DNA from: Eledone cirrhosa
Taxonomy: Eukaryota
DNA: 64,000 bases
Direction of reading: 5' to 3'
NCBI GenBank assembly: GCA_964016885.1
Contig: OZ024740.1
Location: 142,166,001 to 142,230,000 of the forward strand
In this document: piece after piece, positions 1 through 14,505 of the stretch
Layout: the number at the start of each line of letters is the position of its first letter
How positions within the stretch are numbered: position 1 is the stretch's first letter
Translations under genes and position numbers: made by a program
The notes under the pieces: generated by a model
What the model was told of the DNA's origin: nothing
Databases searched by the model: none
Seen by the model: the letters and a program-made list of their open reading frames with translations, nothing else

Positions 1-388
1 TGAAGTGAATACATACATACATATACAAGTAGATAGAGACTTAACTAAAAAAAATAATGCTTACGTATGTGTGTACAAGTGTGTGTGCAAGCGAACGTGT
101 GTGCCGTATACATGTTTGTAAGTGTGCGTGAATATTCACAGATGAACAATTCGTCACGCAAATAAACTAGGTTGTAAATGTCAAGATGCTATTTACATTG
201 AAACATCGTTAGCGGTGTTATTGACTAGACAGAGACATGGACAGATAAAAAGACAAATAGGTAAACAGACAGACAGACATACAGATAGATAGATAAATGG
301 GTTGGTAGGTAGATAGATTGGTAGGTAGATAGATAGTCAGCCAGACAGATATATAGACAGCCAATCATACACATAGACAGATAGACAG

Positions 389-473
<85 letters not shown>

Positions 474-658
474 CATAGTCGGAGAAAGCTAATAGCGATA
501 CTCCGGCCAAATCCCAACTCACTCAACAAACATTAGGAAATAACTGAGTAATATTCCTAATTAAACGTTCGGGGTGCTAACTAATTGTATTCTGTGGAAA
601 ATTGGCTGTATCATTTCATATGAGATATATCAAATGTGGTTACACAACAGTTAGTTCA

Positions 659-706
659 CCATACCGAGAACAATTGTTTCACCTTAGCGGATCCTCAGGT
701 CGTAAT
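659..706 (-). ncRNA. Minimal hammerhead ribozyme motif in a PLE terminal-repeat (pLTR) remnant
   Basis: Minus strand reads attacgac-CTGAGGA-tcc gctaa ggt-GAAA-caattg-TT-ctcggtatgg; 638-706 is near-identical to 36273-36341, which follows a GIY-YIG fragment. Confidence 0.65.
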
Positions 707-1244
707 CTCTAGACTCAAGAAGGTTTGCCTCGAAAGGAGCAAGTTCAGTTACCTTAGGAGGGTAGGCTCTCGATTTTAGGTTGAAGGTGTTACTGGTTCT
801 TGTAATTTTGCTGTCAAAAGCTAGAGCTCGCCATCTTAAGCGTCTGACGACATCTTCCGCTTATATATATATATATGGAGAGAGAGGGGGGGAGATAGAG
901 AGGGGGAGAGAGAGAGAAGGGTGAATATATGCAACTATTAACTCTGCCATCTTCCTCCACCTCCTCCTCCAATATCACTTCCCCTTCACACCCATCTTCA
1001 TCATAGTGACCAACGGTGTCACTACAATCCACCCCAATTAACCTCAGTACCTGGAATTAAAACTACTTTGTTGGTCATTGCTGTAGTGCTGAACACCACT
1101 CTACCACACTGCCCTCTATTCTCAGCACTACTAAATAAAATGAGATTTACGGCACGCAGCTTTCTACTTTACTTAGTCCTCTACGAGGTTGTATCTCAAA
1201 GGAGCTTTCTCGGGTCTTTTAATGATGGAGTTCCTAGTTCTATC

Positions 1245-1357
1245 ATGAAAAGCAGCGTGAAATGAAGCGTCCTGGTCAAAAACACAAGGCGCTGCCCCTT
1301 CCAGGATTCAAACCCACGTCCTGATGACTAACAAATTAACCACTAGGTCACGCGCCA
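1245..1357 (-). mobile_element. Diverged tRNA-derived SINE head fragment (second SINE family)
   Basis: Reverse complement has a B-box-like GGTTTGAATCC followed by gcgccttgtgtttttgaccaggacgc, resembling the post-tRNA region of SINEs. Confidence 0.4.
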
Positions 1358-1520
1358 TCAGACCCTACAACTACCACAACTTAACACTATCTCCACTATC
1401 AACACTACCACGACTATTCACTAGAAACACAACTAAATCAGCGGTAAATACATTCACCCTTCTCATCCTAACACAACACTATTAAAATATCATCACCACC
1501 ACCATTATTATCCCTACATT

Positions 1521-1701
1521 ATAGGGCGCAGTATCGGTAGAAGGTCGGACGCCATGCTTTGCAGCATAGAGTTACACCCCTTTATGGTCTGAGTTCAAAT
1601 TCCGCCGAGGTTAACTTTGCCTTTCACCTTTACGGGGTCGATAAAATAAAGCACCAGTAATGAACTGGATAATTGCTGGCCTTGTGCCAAAGGTAGAAAC
1701 A
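1521..1701 (+). mobile_element. tRNA-derived SINE with 17-bp target-site duplication
   Basis: A-box-like gcagtatcgg, B-box gagttcaaattc, central ctttgcctttca..ggggtcgataaaataaag.accag (resembles the Meta-type SINE domain); attattatccctacatt is duplicated at 1504-1520 and 1702-1718. Confidence 0.85.
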
Positions 1702-2472
1702 ATTATTATCCCTACATTTACTAAAATACAATGTCACTGCTGCACTACTCAATATTTTTCTCTATATATGACCCTTTGAATGTAAAGAAACAAACTGAAT
1801 TGGTGAACTTGGTAAAAAGGGTTCTACAACGTGGTTGAGCATCATATTTATATTTTATATAAACATTTTACATAAAAAAAAGCAAAGTCGCCGATCATCA
1901 GATCGGAGGAAGGAAACTCTGTTTCTGTTAGTCTTTTCAATGTCGATACTATCTGTCGTCGTAACACTTGGCAGAAGGCAGCAGGATTTGAACACACAGA
2001 GTTAGTCAAATGTCGCAACGCGTCTTCTCCGACTGTTGTAAACAATTCCACCAATAGAACATCCCTGAACTTTACGGACTTTAGAGCTTAAACTTGCTTA
2101 CCACAATACTGAGTAAAGAAGTGGGATTCTTTATTCAGGCAGTTACTATTTGTGATGCAAGCAAAGATGATGGATGTGAAAGTTATACTTGACATCGGCA
2201 GAATTTGGACACAGAGAGCGAAGAGCTGGAACAAATACCGAGGAAATTAATCTGATGTTCTTACGACTCTGCCATTTCGCCCCTAAAAGTATATACAAAA
2301 GTGAATTCTGGGAACGCCTTTAAGTTCAATTACCGTAAGGAGTGAATTTTTTTCTTCTCGTTAAAAGGTAAGAATCCGAAATCTTACAGCTAAGTACTCA
2401 CGCCAGTAGTGGTGGTCGTGGTGGCGGTGTTGTTGTTGGTGTTGGTGGTGGTGTTGGTACTATTATTATTAT

Positions 2473-2598
2473 AGTCTGAGTCCAAATCTCGCCGAGGTCA
2501 ACTTTGCCTTTCATCCTAACGGGGTCGATAAAATAAAGTACCAGTAATGTACTGGATATTTGCTGGCCTTGTGCCTAAAGTAGAAACAATTATTATTA
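2473..2598 (+). mobile_element. 5'-truncated copy of the same SINE
   Basis: Matches the 3' two-thirds of 1521-1701 and ends in an (att)n tail. Confidence 0.8.
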
Positions 2599-2599
2599 T

Positions 2600-3486
2600 G
2601 GATATTGTTGCTGAAGGTTGTGGTCGTGGTTATGGTTTTGATGGTTGTGATGGTAGTGACACTGATGGCGGTGTTGGTAGTGATGGTGGTGATAGTACGC
2701 GGGAGGTGTTGATAGTGATGATCACCTTGGTTGTGATGGTAGCAGCGGTATTAGTATGGGTGGCGTTGTGATGGTGGTTATAGTTGTTATTGTTGTTGTA
2801 ATGGTGGTGGTGGTGAGGTGTCGATAGTGTAGTGGTTGTAGAAGTGCTGTAGTGGAGATATTAGTAGCGATGTTGATGATAGTGATGATGTCGATGGTAG
2901 TGTTAGTGCTGGTTATGAGGGATATGTGGAGGGATATGTGATTATAATTGTGGTGGCATTGGTAGGTGTAGCGATGGTGAAGGGTTGGTGGCCTTGTTGG
3001 GATTGGCAGTAATGATGAATGAGTCATTGATGTTGTTGTTGTTGGTGGTGGTGGTGGTGGTGGTGGTGGTGTTAGTAATGGTGGTTTTGATGGTGGTGTT
3101 GTGGTTGTTGTTGTTGCTGTTGCTGTTAGTGGTGGTGATGGTGGTGGTGGTGGTGTTAGTAATGGTGGTTTTGATGGTGGTGTTGTGGTTGTTGTTGCTG
3201 TTAGTGGTGGTGATGGTGGTGGTGGGGTGGTGGTGGTGGTGGGGTGGTGGTGGTGGTTTGATGATGGAGTTTACTAGAAGCATATACACACTTGCTGACA
3301 ACGGAGATTGCATTCGAGCTAATTGTTTGTCAGGCCTGATGCGCGTGTCATTGCCATGGAGATTGTCACCAAGGGTATCGTGACGACAATGCTGATGAAA
3401 TAGATGATGATGATGATGATGACGAGGATGAGGATAAGAATGGTGATGATGATGGTGATGATGATGAGGATGGTTATGATGATGAT

Positions 3487-3517
<31 letters not shown>

Positions 3518-4174
3518 AGGACGATGACGATTGTGATGATGTTGTTAATGATGATGATGATAACGATGGTGATGATGTCAAAGATAACGATGACAGTGAC
3601 AACGACAATGGTGATAGTGATATGGTGTGGCCGTGGTGTGAAGATGGTGTTGGTGTCGATGATAAAGGTGGTGATGACGGCGATGTTGAAGTTGATGAGG
3701 ATAATGAAGAGGATGCTATATCATGATTGTGGTGGTGGTGGTGGTGGTGGTGGTGGAAAACTATTTGGATGATGAGTATGATGATGATGATGGGGATGAT
3801 GATGATGATTATGATGGTGATCATGATTATGATGGTGATCATGATGATGGTGATCATGATTATGATGATGGAGATGACGATGATGAAGATGAGGATGAGG
3901 AAATGATTATGATGATGTTGATGACGACGACGGCGATAATAATTGTTTCTACTTTAGGCACAAGGCCAGCAATTACCCAGTGCATTACTGGTACTTTATT
4001 TTATCGGCCCCGTAAGGATGAAAGGCAAAGTCAACCTCGGCGGGATTTGAATTCAGACTGTAAAGGGACGTAACTATGCTGGAAAGCATGGTGTCCGACC
4101 CTCTACCGATAATGCCAATGATGATGAGATGATATGATAATGACGGTGTTGATGATGATGATGATGTGGATGAC

Positions 4175-4207
<33 letters not shown>

Positions 4208-4300
4208 AATAATCATGATGATCATGATAATGATGATTCTGATTATGACAGTGGTAGAGATAACAATGATGATGGTCATTGCAGTTGGTGGTGAAGTGGA
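2600..4300. repeat. Low-complexity (GGT/GAT/GTT)n trinucleotide region
   Basis: Degenerate trinucleotide runs giving poly-V/M/D/H/T pseudo-ORFs; interrupted by a SINE. Confidence 0.9.
3940..4118 (-). mobile_element. tRNA-derived SINE copy
   Basis: Reverse complement of the 1521-1701 family; nearly identical to 17858-18042. Confidence 0.85.
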
Positions 4301-4550
4301 AGGATGGGTGAGGAACATGATTCAGTATTTGCCGTGAAAACAACGAAAACCGACGCTGATTTTTCAAAATATATATATTTGCATTTTTTTTTTCATACTA
4401 TAATATATAAAACAAGGAAAAAACAAAGGGAAGAAAATGTGACAAATAAGGAAGAAAAACAGAAACTGACAAAGGCCGTCACTTCCTAGATTTCTGAGAG
4501 AGGAAAAGAATGAGAAAATGAGAAAGAGAAAGAGTTAGATATAGATAGAA

Positions 4551-4671
<121 letters not shown>

Positions 4672-4925
4672 GTGAGAGAGAGAGGGAGAGGGGGGGGAGA
4701 GAGGGAGAGAGAGAGAGAAAGTTATAATGGCAGGTGTAGCGGAAGATGAAGAATATAAAAGAGAGAAAGAAAATTGTCACATGAATGGATTGGATATGAA
4801 TTTATACATAACAGGTTGTTTACATTGGAATGTGATTGGATGTTTTATATTGGACAGTTAGGATATCTATATATGTGTGTATGCAGGGGGGTTTATGTAT
4901 GTATGTATGTATGTATGTATGTATG

Positions 4926-4956
<31 letters not shown>

Positions 4957-4969
4957 GCATGTATGTAGT

Positions 4970-5530
4970 AACTCTTCGCGCTTACGTCATCTACTTCCTC
5001 CCCAAGATACATAAACCTTACCAACCCGGCCGTTCATATCGTTTCCATTTGCAACTGTCACACTGAAATAATCTCTCAATAGCTTGACACCCCCACCGCT
5101 CCCTTAGTCACCGAGTTCCTCTTCCACATCCATGACACTAATCATGCTCTTCGACTGTTCAACTTCTCCTTCCCTCCTGGTTCCTCTCGCCTTATCTACA
5201 CTATGGACACAATCTCTCTCTACACCGTCACCCCTCACGATGATGATCTCCGCGCTCTCCAATACATTTTGGATTTACGTCCTACACCCTACCCTAATAC
5301 TTCCATTCTTCTCCGCCTTGCTGAACTCATTCTCACCCTCAATGATGTTTCTTTTTCCGGGGAGTTTTACCAGCAGGTCTCTGGAGTAGCCATAGGAATC
5401 GGAATGGTCCCGAACTACGCCAACTTGTTCATTGGAGCCCAGATATTCTCCACACTACACTGGACCAATCTCTAAGCTATGCGGTCGTTATATCGACGAT
5501 TATATCGGCGCCATCTCTTTCTCTCTCCCT
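4970..5530 (+). pseudogene. Penelope-like (Neptune-type) reverse transcriptase fragment
   Basis: Frameshifted translation shows YFLPKIHK, MDTISLYT, YQQVSGVAIG..PNYANLF and RYIDD, the PLE RT motifs. Confidence 0.85.
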
Positions 5531-5545
5531 CCTATAAATAGCTCG

Positions 5546-5660
<115 letters not shown>

Positions 5661-5972
5661 TGGGGTTGTATATAGAACCATATACGAAATGCCCATGCAA
5701 ATGAACATTCTTGTAGCCTCTCTATAAATTTTAAAAGCAGTGATTTATCCACCACTAATCTTAGGAACCAAAGCAGAGCGCCCTGAAGGCACCGTTTCTG
5801 GCTACAAAAATGTTTGTTTCAATATAGGGCCCCAGTCACAGACACACAGTGCGTTAACTATTATGGTCATTTGTGTAGGCACATCCATTTCAAATTTGAA
5901 ATTTTCCCAATGATCGTTAAGTATACTTCTTTCTTTATTAATGTTAATGTTAAAATAATAATAATATTAATG

Positions 5973-6007
<35 letters not shown>

Positions 6008-6010
<3 letters not shown>

Positions 6011-6548
6011 TGGAAGCTTAGTAAAATCGAAGCTTTGGCTGTGGTCAAGCAAAGTCGACCTACAATAGGAATGAGTTAGCAAAGCACTCAATAAGGGTAG
6101 GTCTTTAGAGTAATAACATACATTTAAATAGCTTGACAAATTGAACATTGCGGTAGGCAAAACCGAACCACACAATACCAAAGTAACGAAAGAACTAACA
6201 GGTTAAAAAAGATACACCTGGACAAATCAAACGATATACGTCTAAAGTGTTTCTATGAATCCGAAATCAGTTATCCAACTTACGTAACACGCACGCTCGT
6301 GGTATTCCATGATCGAACAGAGGATTCATTTCATCAACAGGGATTTGGTTCCGCCATAAATCGGAGTGGACAAGCTAAATGCGGCCGCTAAGAATGCAGC
6401 CAGCAAACACTTAGTTGTCACGTGTTATTTCCAACAAGGGAAGCACACCTCGGTTTTTGGCGGGTAGATTCAAAGTGTTAACAAGGAAAATATTATCGTT
6501 TCTGCTAACACTCCGAATAAAAGCTCTCAACCAGATGTTATTAAACAA

Positions 6549-6550
<2 letters not shown>
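6008..6550 (+). pseudogene. Possible highly decayed PLE C-terminal/GIY-YIG fragment
   Basis: Only weak motifs (YVTRT, RKILSFL..LRIKALN); lies between (TA)n tracts. Confidence 0.25.
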
Positions 6551-6598
<48 letters not shown>

Positions 6599-6649
6599 AA
6601 AAATAAATCAATCAAATATTTAAAATTTGGCTTCGTTTATTAAAGGTGT

Positions 6650-6704
6650 ACTGCTATATATATTTCGGTGACAGCCATCTTTGGCTGTGACCTCTTCAGG
6701 CAGT
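6650..6704 (-). ncRNA. Minimal hammerhead ribozyme motif, intact core
   Basis: actgc-CTGAAGA-ggt c acagcca aaga tggctgt c acc-GAAA-tatata-TA-gcagt: stems I and II pair and stem III is palindromic. Confidence 0.8.
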
Positions 6705-6819
6705 CCTGGTGTGGTAGAGACGGGTACACTAGTTGTTGAGGTGTTTAACTCCGTCAATACTCCGATATGCCCAGTTCCTGATTGGGTTGTTATTTCTCTG
6801 AGGAACTGGAATCATATTT

Positions 6820-7305
<486 letters not shown>

Positions 7306-7375
7306 AAAAAGAGATGAAATCGAAAATGCAACTGAAGTCTTATTTTTTTAAAAATATATATATATTTATTTGGTT

Positions 7376-7413
7376 CCTTTACCGGTTTCGCAGTTCTTCT
7401 GCTTTTCAAAAGG
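7376..7413 (-). ncRNA. Hammerhead motif, U3-A8 core variant (left arm)
   Basis: cctt-TTGAAAA-gcag aagaa ctgc-GAAA-ccgg-TA-aagg on the minus strand. Confidence 0.7.
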
Positions 7414-7483
7414 TGAGTTGAGATGGAGGGTCTGCGGTTTTTCTCAGATGTGAGAAAAACCACAGACCCTCCATCTCAACTCA

Positions 7484-7521
7484 CCTTTTGAAAAGCAGAA
7501 GAACTGCGAAACCGGTAAAGG
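7484..7521 (+). ncRNA. Hammerhead motif, U3-A8 core variant (right arm)
   Basis: cctt-TTGAAAA-gcag aagaa ctgc-GAAA-ccgg-TA-aagg; stems I and II pair, stem III is the palindrome accggt. Confidence 0.7.
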
Positions 7522-7653
7522 AACCAAATAAATATATATATATTTTTAAAAAAATAAGACTTCAGTTGCATTTTCGATTTCATCTCTTTTTCTTTATACT
7601 TTCACTCGTGTAGGACACCTCGGTTATTTTTCATTTTGTAAAAAAAACCTCAC

Positions 7654-7684
<31 letters not shown>

Positions 7685-7815
7685 CATACATATATATATA
7701 CAAACATACATACATATATATATATATACATACATACATTATATATATATATATATATACAAACATACATACATATATATATATATACATACATACATTA
7801 TATATATATATATAT

Positions 7816-7955
7816 AAACCACAGACCCTCCATCTCAACTCACCTTTTGAAAAGCAGAAGAACTGCGAAACCGGTAAAGGAACCAAATAAATATATATAT
7901 TTTTTTTAAAAAATAAGACTCCAGTTGCATTTTCGATTTCATCTCTTTTTCTTTA
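7816..7955 (+). mobile_element. Solo arm of the fold-back element with U3-A8 hammerhead (7843-7880)
   Basis: Near-identical to 7457-7595 and flanked on both sides by (TA)n. Confidence 0.85.
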
Positions 7956-7957
7956 TA

Positions 7958-8021
<64 letters not shown>

Positions 8022-8069
8022 CATACATATATATATACAAACATACATATATATATATATATATGTATG

Positions 8070-8128
<59 letters not shown>

Positions 8129-8188
8129 GTATATATATATATATATATGTATGTATATATATATATATGTATGTGTATATATATATAT

Positions 8189-8259
<71 letters not shown>

Positions 8260-9290
8260 CAGGTTATCAATAATGTAGTGATAATATATCGTTACGTTAG
8301 AGATGAACAGCGTACGTGTAGGTTTGCTCAACGAGTATAAATTATATTCCGGAGAAAATGTAGAAAAGATGAATATAAAATGAAAGTGCTTTTTTTTAAA
8401 AAAGGAATTTATTAGGTATTGACATATGTTTCTGTAACAGACGGAATACCTATGTATCGCTGCTTGCGTAATCATATAATGTTAGCAAGTATTCGATAAC
8501 AAATGTATAATCAGTTGTCACCTCTTCAAAGATATTGGATAAATTGGAAAAAATCAGAAAAATTGAAATATTTATATTAGTTGTAATAAAGAAGGAAGAG
8601 AGGGGATAGTATATGACAGATGGCAATTTAATTTACTGGTAAACAAGTATATAAAGGGTTTCTAATGAGAATACAATGAGTATATGGTTTATTTTATCTA
8701 AATAAGAATTTTTGGGAGTGCCTATTTTAATCTATACTTGACCAATTGAAGAATGGACAGGGCTGGTCGTTTGGTGTAGTAGTATTAATTATAAAGTGTC
8801 AATTAAGGACTAGGGAGATTTCGACTGCTACTGAATAACAACAATGCTGGTAGCCTGCTGGTATATGCATTAGGGAATTGAATTAAGAAATCTCATTTTA
8901 TCTATAACAGTTTATATTAAATGGTAAAGAATAGAAGAGTTGATAGAATTAAGACTAATAGAGAATGTTAATATATATTTTGACAATCAAACGGAGATGG
9001 AGCCAGGCGTTCACTCCTGGTAGTATTTGTAATATGAAAATGTAGATTTTAAGCGATGGTTACAGTAAAACGATCGCTCTATTCTGTTATTTAATAAAAT
9101 GTTTTTGGATTTCATAATACAAAATAATTCCATATTACATAATTTACAAAATTCCTGTCCGTGGGAAATGGAGGGGCACGTTACTATATCCCATTTTAGG
9201 TTAAATTGTTGGTTATTTTCGCGCAGCTGCCAAGCTTGTCTGCGAGTGTTGTTACATAACGCTGGTTTACATGTTTTATCGAGTAACGAT
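8260..9290 (-). mobile_element. 3' fragment of a Naiad-type PLE (GIY-YIG C-terminus, 3' UTR, degenerate HHR at ~8417-8532)
   Basis: Minus strand ~9260-9011 translates to WQLRENNQQFNLKWDIV..FCKLCNMELFCI..LLNNRIE..YCNHR; downstream GAAA-catatg-TC motif; ends at (TA)n. Confidence 0.75.
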
Positions 9291-9326
9291 GTCTATAAAG
9301 GCGATACTACAATAAAACTCACCTCC

Positions 9327-9395
<69 letters not shown>

Positions 9396-9814
9396 AGGAG
9401 GTGAGTTTTATTGTAGTACAATAAAGCAATGCAGATATCGGGTAAGTAGCACTCTACAGTTTGTAGGACTGGAGTATAAATAATATATAAGATCAAAAGA
9501 TGGTTAAAAGAGTTCCATGTATTTTTTATGCGCATTTCAAAAACATATATCATCATGCGATGACATTTGCGTTTTCGCCAGATAAAACAGGGAGACATGA
9601 TATGAAGGTTAAAAAACACTTGTGAATAGTGCAGTTTTAAATCAACATATGAAAAGTAGTTTTAGATTGATGTGTGATATTGGGAAAAAAATTGAGGGTG
9701 GGGGGTGGAAAGGAATGAAAAAGAGGAGGAGATGAGAGTAAAGAATGGAGGGGGAGGAGTATAATAAGGAAGGATGAGATAGGAGGAGAGATGGGTGATA
9801 GAGAGAGAGATAGA

Positions 9815-11750
9815 ATCCATAAATTTGAAGCTTCTGAGATTATGTCAAAACTTGGCATCGGAAAAAAGACCGAACCATTCCCCCCAAGAACTCCGAGGAT
9901 AAATCTCAAGGATCTCAAAAACAACTTTCGTACTGAACTACCTGTTAGACTAATCGCCCCCTCTAAATCAGATCTGGGGTTGTTAGCAAAGCCATCTTGG
10001 ATAGAATTATTCCACAGGTTCGCTCTAATTGCTCTTCTTTGAACTTAAATTTATGGTTTGGTACTTCTGAAGTGATTGGCTGGTTCAACAAATTGAATAA
10101 GAAAAACAAACAAAAATTTATTCAATTTGATATTGCCAGCTACTATTCTTCTATTTCGCCCTCACTTCTCAACAATGCTCTATCTTTCGCTTACAAATAT
10201 TCAGACATCACCACAGATGAACTTCGCATCATTCTCACCGCACGTAAAACCATCCTAGAGTTCAACAATGAATATTGGACCAGAGCTGATACCTCTAACA
10301 ACTTTGACATCACAATGGGAGCATCCGATTCATCCCAATTGACAGATTTAATTGGTATCTTTATTTTGAACTCTTTGAATCGGAAAATTCCTCAACTTCG
10401 CGGTGGAATTTATCGTGACGATGGACTCTTTACTATCTTAAATTGCAACATAGTTAACCTTAATATTATTAAGAACAATATACGTAATCTCTTTAACCAA
10501 CATAACTTAAAAATTGAATTTGATAACAGCATCAAACTAGCTAATTTCTTTGATGTATCTCTTAATCTTGACACTGGCCTATATTACCCTTACCATAAAA
10601 ACAATGAGAACCTAAATTATGTTAATTTTAAATCTAACCACCCCACTAATATTAAGAATGCTATAGTTAGTAATATCGGAAAAAGAATATCCAACCTATC
10701 ATCTAATAAAAACATCTTTGATGCTAACGCCATTACTATAACAATGCGCTTTCTAAAGCCGGTTATCCTGATAAAATCAAATATAGTAAAGAAACAAATT
10801 CTAGAAGATCTTACATTAGAATAATTAATCATGATCATTCCAATAACTTTAAAAAAAGACCTAGATACAAAAACATAATCTGGTATAATGCTCCTTTCTC
10901 CATCTCTATTAATAATAATATTCCTAAATTATTCTTTAGTGCCTTAAATAAATGCTTCCCTCCCTCACATATCTATAGTAAAATATTTAACAAACACACT
11001 ATAAAATTTTCCTATTCGACCTCCTCCAACATCTCCAACATTATCTCTAAACACAACAATAAAATACTAAATACTAAATCTCTTCCTTCCAACACTGAAT
11101 ATCATAATAATAGTAATAGTACTCCCGACGTCATTGTTAACTTTAGGCTAATTTCTGAAAACCCAAATACAACGTCAAACGCAACTTCGTTAAATGTTCT
11201 TAATCCCATTCTAAATCAAGAAACTATTATTCCTATCGTAAATAACTTCTCCAATCCAATTCCTTCTATAGATAACACTAGGTCACTTGTTAATAACTCT
11301 GTTAATGTCTCTAATCGCAATTGTAATTGCCCTGTTAAAAATAAATGTCCTCTCAACAACAATTGTCTTGAAAAAAAATTAATCTACGAATGTAAAGTTA
11401 TAACTGACACCAATTCCTTTACCTATTTTGGCTCCACTTCCACCTCCTTTAAAGCTCGTCTTTATAATCATCATTCGTCTTTTAAATACCAACTTAAAAG
11501 AACCAACACGGCACTCTCAGAACGCATATGGTCCTTGAAAGACAAAAATATTAACTATAACATCGCTTGGAGGAAGGTTTGTTCTGCTTCTCCATACTTG
11601 AATGGTTCTCTATCCAAGACATGTAATCTCTGTTTATGTGAGAAATTTACCATTATATCTAATTTAGATTCTATAATAAATAGACGCACTGAATTGTTTT
11701 CTATCTGCTTGCATAAATTCCACAGAACATTCCATAAAGTATACAGCTAA
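9815..11750 (+). pseudogene. PLE reverse transcriptase + GIY-YIG endonuclease, two frameshifts (~9995, ~10730)
   Basis: VRLIAPSKSDLG, FIQFDIASYY, FDITMGASD, GGIYRDDGL; then an open frame ~10731-11750 with IIWYNAPFS, KIFNKHTIKFSYS, CNC..CPL..C, LIYEC..YFGST..FKARLYNH and CNLCLCEK..ELFSICLH. Confidence 0.92.
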
Positions 11751-12721
11751 TATCTAATACTTTACCATTTTAAATCCTTTTCTCAAAGGCACACACATAT
11801 ATATATACATATATATTTCTTTAAAAATATACCCATCTTTCTACCTTATTTCAATGTTATTTATTATACATTATATAATACTAGTTACTCATTCTATATC
11901 ACTCCTATTTATCACTTCCCTTTCTTTCTTTTTTTCTTTTTTTCTTTTTTTCTTTTTCTTTTAATTTCTAACCTCTAATATGTACCTTTTCTTCCTAGAT
12001 ACTTCTCAATTCTCATTATTAATCACCACAATATATCCTTACCCTTTTATAATATCACCTTGAAAAATCCTTCGTAAACATAAACATTTTTTGACGTTAG
12101 ATTATTCATCCTCAGTTCATTATTTTTTCTCCCTTTCATGCTCATCTAACTTATACATATTACACTTATTCATCCACTCTTCTACTTCTTTTCACAATAT
12201 ATCCTTAATTACATTACTATTGTTATATTTTTATATTTTTTTAATAATACATATCAACAATTTCTTTCCATCGCACATATTATTAAACCCTTAAATATTA
12301 TTCTTAATACATATTAACAATTTCTTTTCATCGCACATATTATTAAACCCTTCAATATACAAACCTTAATTTAACATTATTCTAAAATTTTTCTCTTCGT
12401 TAATTTTCAAATTCTTTTAATTTATATATTATCTTCCAAAGGTTTTTTAACCTCTCTATGTAAAACAATATATTTTTCTCAGTTATAAAAGCTATCTCTC
12501 TCTCTCTCTCTATCACCCATCTCTCCTCCTATCTCATGCTTCCTTATTATACTCCTCCTCCTCCATTCTTTACTCTCATCTCCTCCTCTTTTTCATCCTT
12601 TCCAACCCCCCCCCTTCAATTTTTTTCCCAATATCACACGTAAATCTAAAACTACTTTTCATATGTTGATTTAAAACTGCACTATTCACAAGTGTTTTTT
12701 AAATTTCATATCATGTCTCCC

Positions 12722-12792
12722 TATTTTATCTGACGAAAACGCAAATGTCATCGCATGATGATATATGTTTTTGAAATGCGCATAATAAAATA
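12722..12792 (+). ncRNA. Minimal hammerhead ribozyme in the 3' pLTR
   Basis: tattttat-CTGACGA-[aaac..atgtcatc gcat gatgatat..gttttt]-GAAA-tgcgca-TA-ataaaata; the antisense copy at 9520-9590 has a mutated core CTGGCGA. Confidence 0.8.
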
Positions 12793-12822
12793 CATGGAAC
12801 ACTTTTAACCATCTTTTGATCT

Positions 12823-12880
<58 letters not shown>

Positions 12881-12882
<2 letters not shown>

Positions 12883-13170
12883 CTTTGATAACTTTGATAG
12901 GTTTCGACCAGTATTGGCCCAGGCCATGTCTAACTTAATAGCACCACCTGGCGAAGTCTTACAAATCAGTGTTTGGGCACCATGGCCCACTCGAGCAGAG
13001 AGTTATTGTTTACGGAGGCATATCCGGGTGTAGGAGGCTTATCCGGGATTTCTTGAAGGAATTTATCCAAAGACTTCTTGAACTTGATGGGCTCTGTCTC
13101 TGCTTTGATGTGTTTTGGTGTAATGTTAAAGAGTGCAGGCCAATTGATGTGAAATAATTGTGCCGTCAAC
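12881..13170 (-). mobile_element. 3' end of a CR1-like LINE
   Basis: PALFNITPKHIK..FKKSLDKFLQEIPDKP..GY..NSLL, a typical post-RT terminus, then a short UTR ending in repeated atcaaagtt. Confidence 0.65.
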
Positions 13171-13267
13171 ATCACTGGATACCATCAGGGTTGCAGATGT
13201 TATAGCAGAGTTTTCCTTCTCCTAGAATTCTGCCTTGACAAAGGCTAAGGGGTCATCTCTCCCGTAA

Positions 13268-14245
<978 letters not shown>

Positions 14246-14505
14246 TGTCTATGTGTAAAAAGAGAGAGATAGAGGGAAAGAGAAAAGAGTGTGAGAAGGA
14301 AATACATATAGGCGACAAATAACAAGGAATGGGCAAAAGACAAAAGAAAGGAGAAAGGAAGAAATAAATAGATTAGCGAGAGGAAGAAGGTGAGTGTGTA
14401 GGGAATAATATGTATCTCCATATTGGCAAATACATTTATTTGTTTGATCAAAAGGAAGGAGAACCATTCTGCCGAACATTATTTTCCCTTTATTGCCTTT
14501 CTAAG

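Larger units (their letters stand above)
9481..12831 (+). mobile_element. 5'-truncated Naiad-type Penelope-like element flanked by ~335-bp inverted pLTR copies
   Basis: 9481-9813 is the reverse complement of 12492-12831; an RT-GIY-YIG frame lies between; right end abuts (TA)n. Confidence 0.9.

Noticed and set aside
1848-2066. 68-aa ORF as a host exon
   Set aside because: Contains a SINE B-box-like gtgttcaaatcc; no recognisable protein motif or clear donor site.
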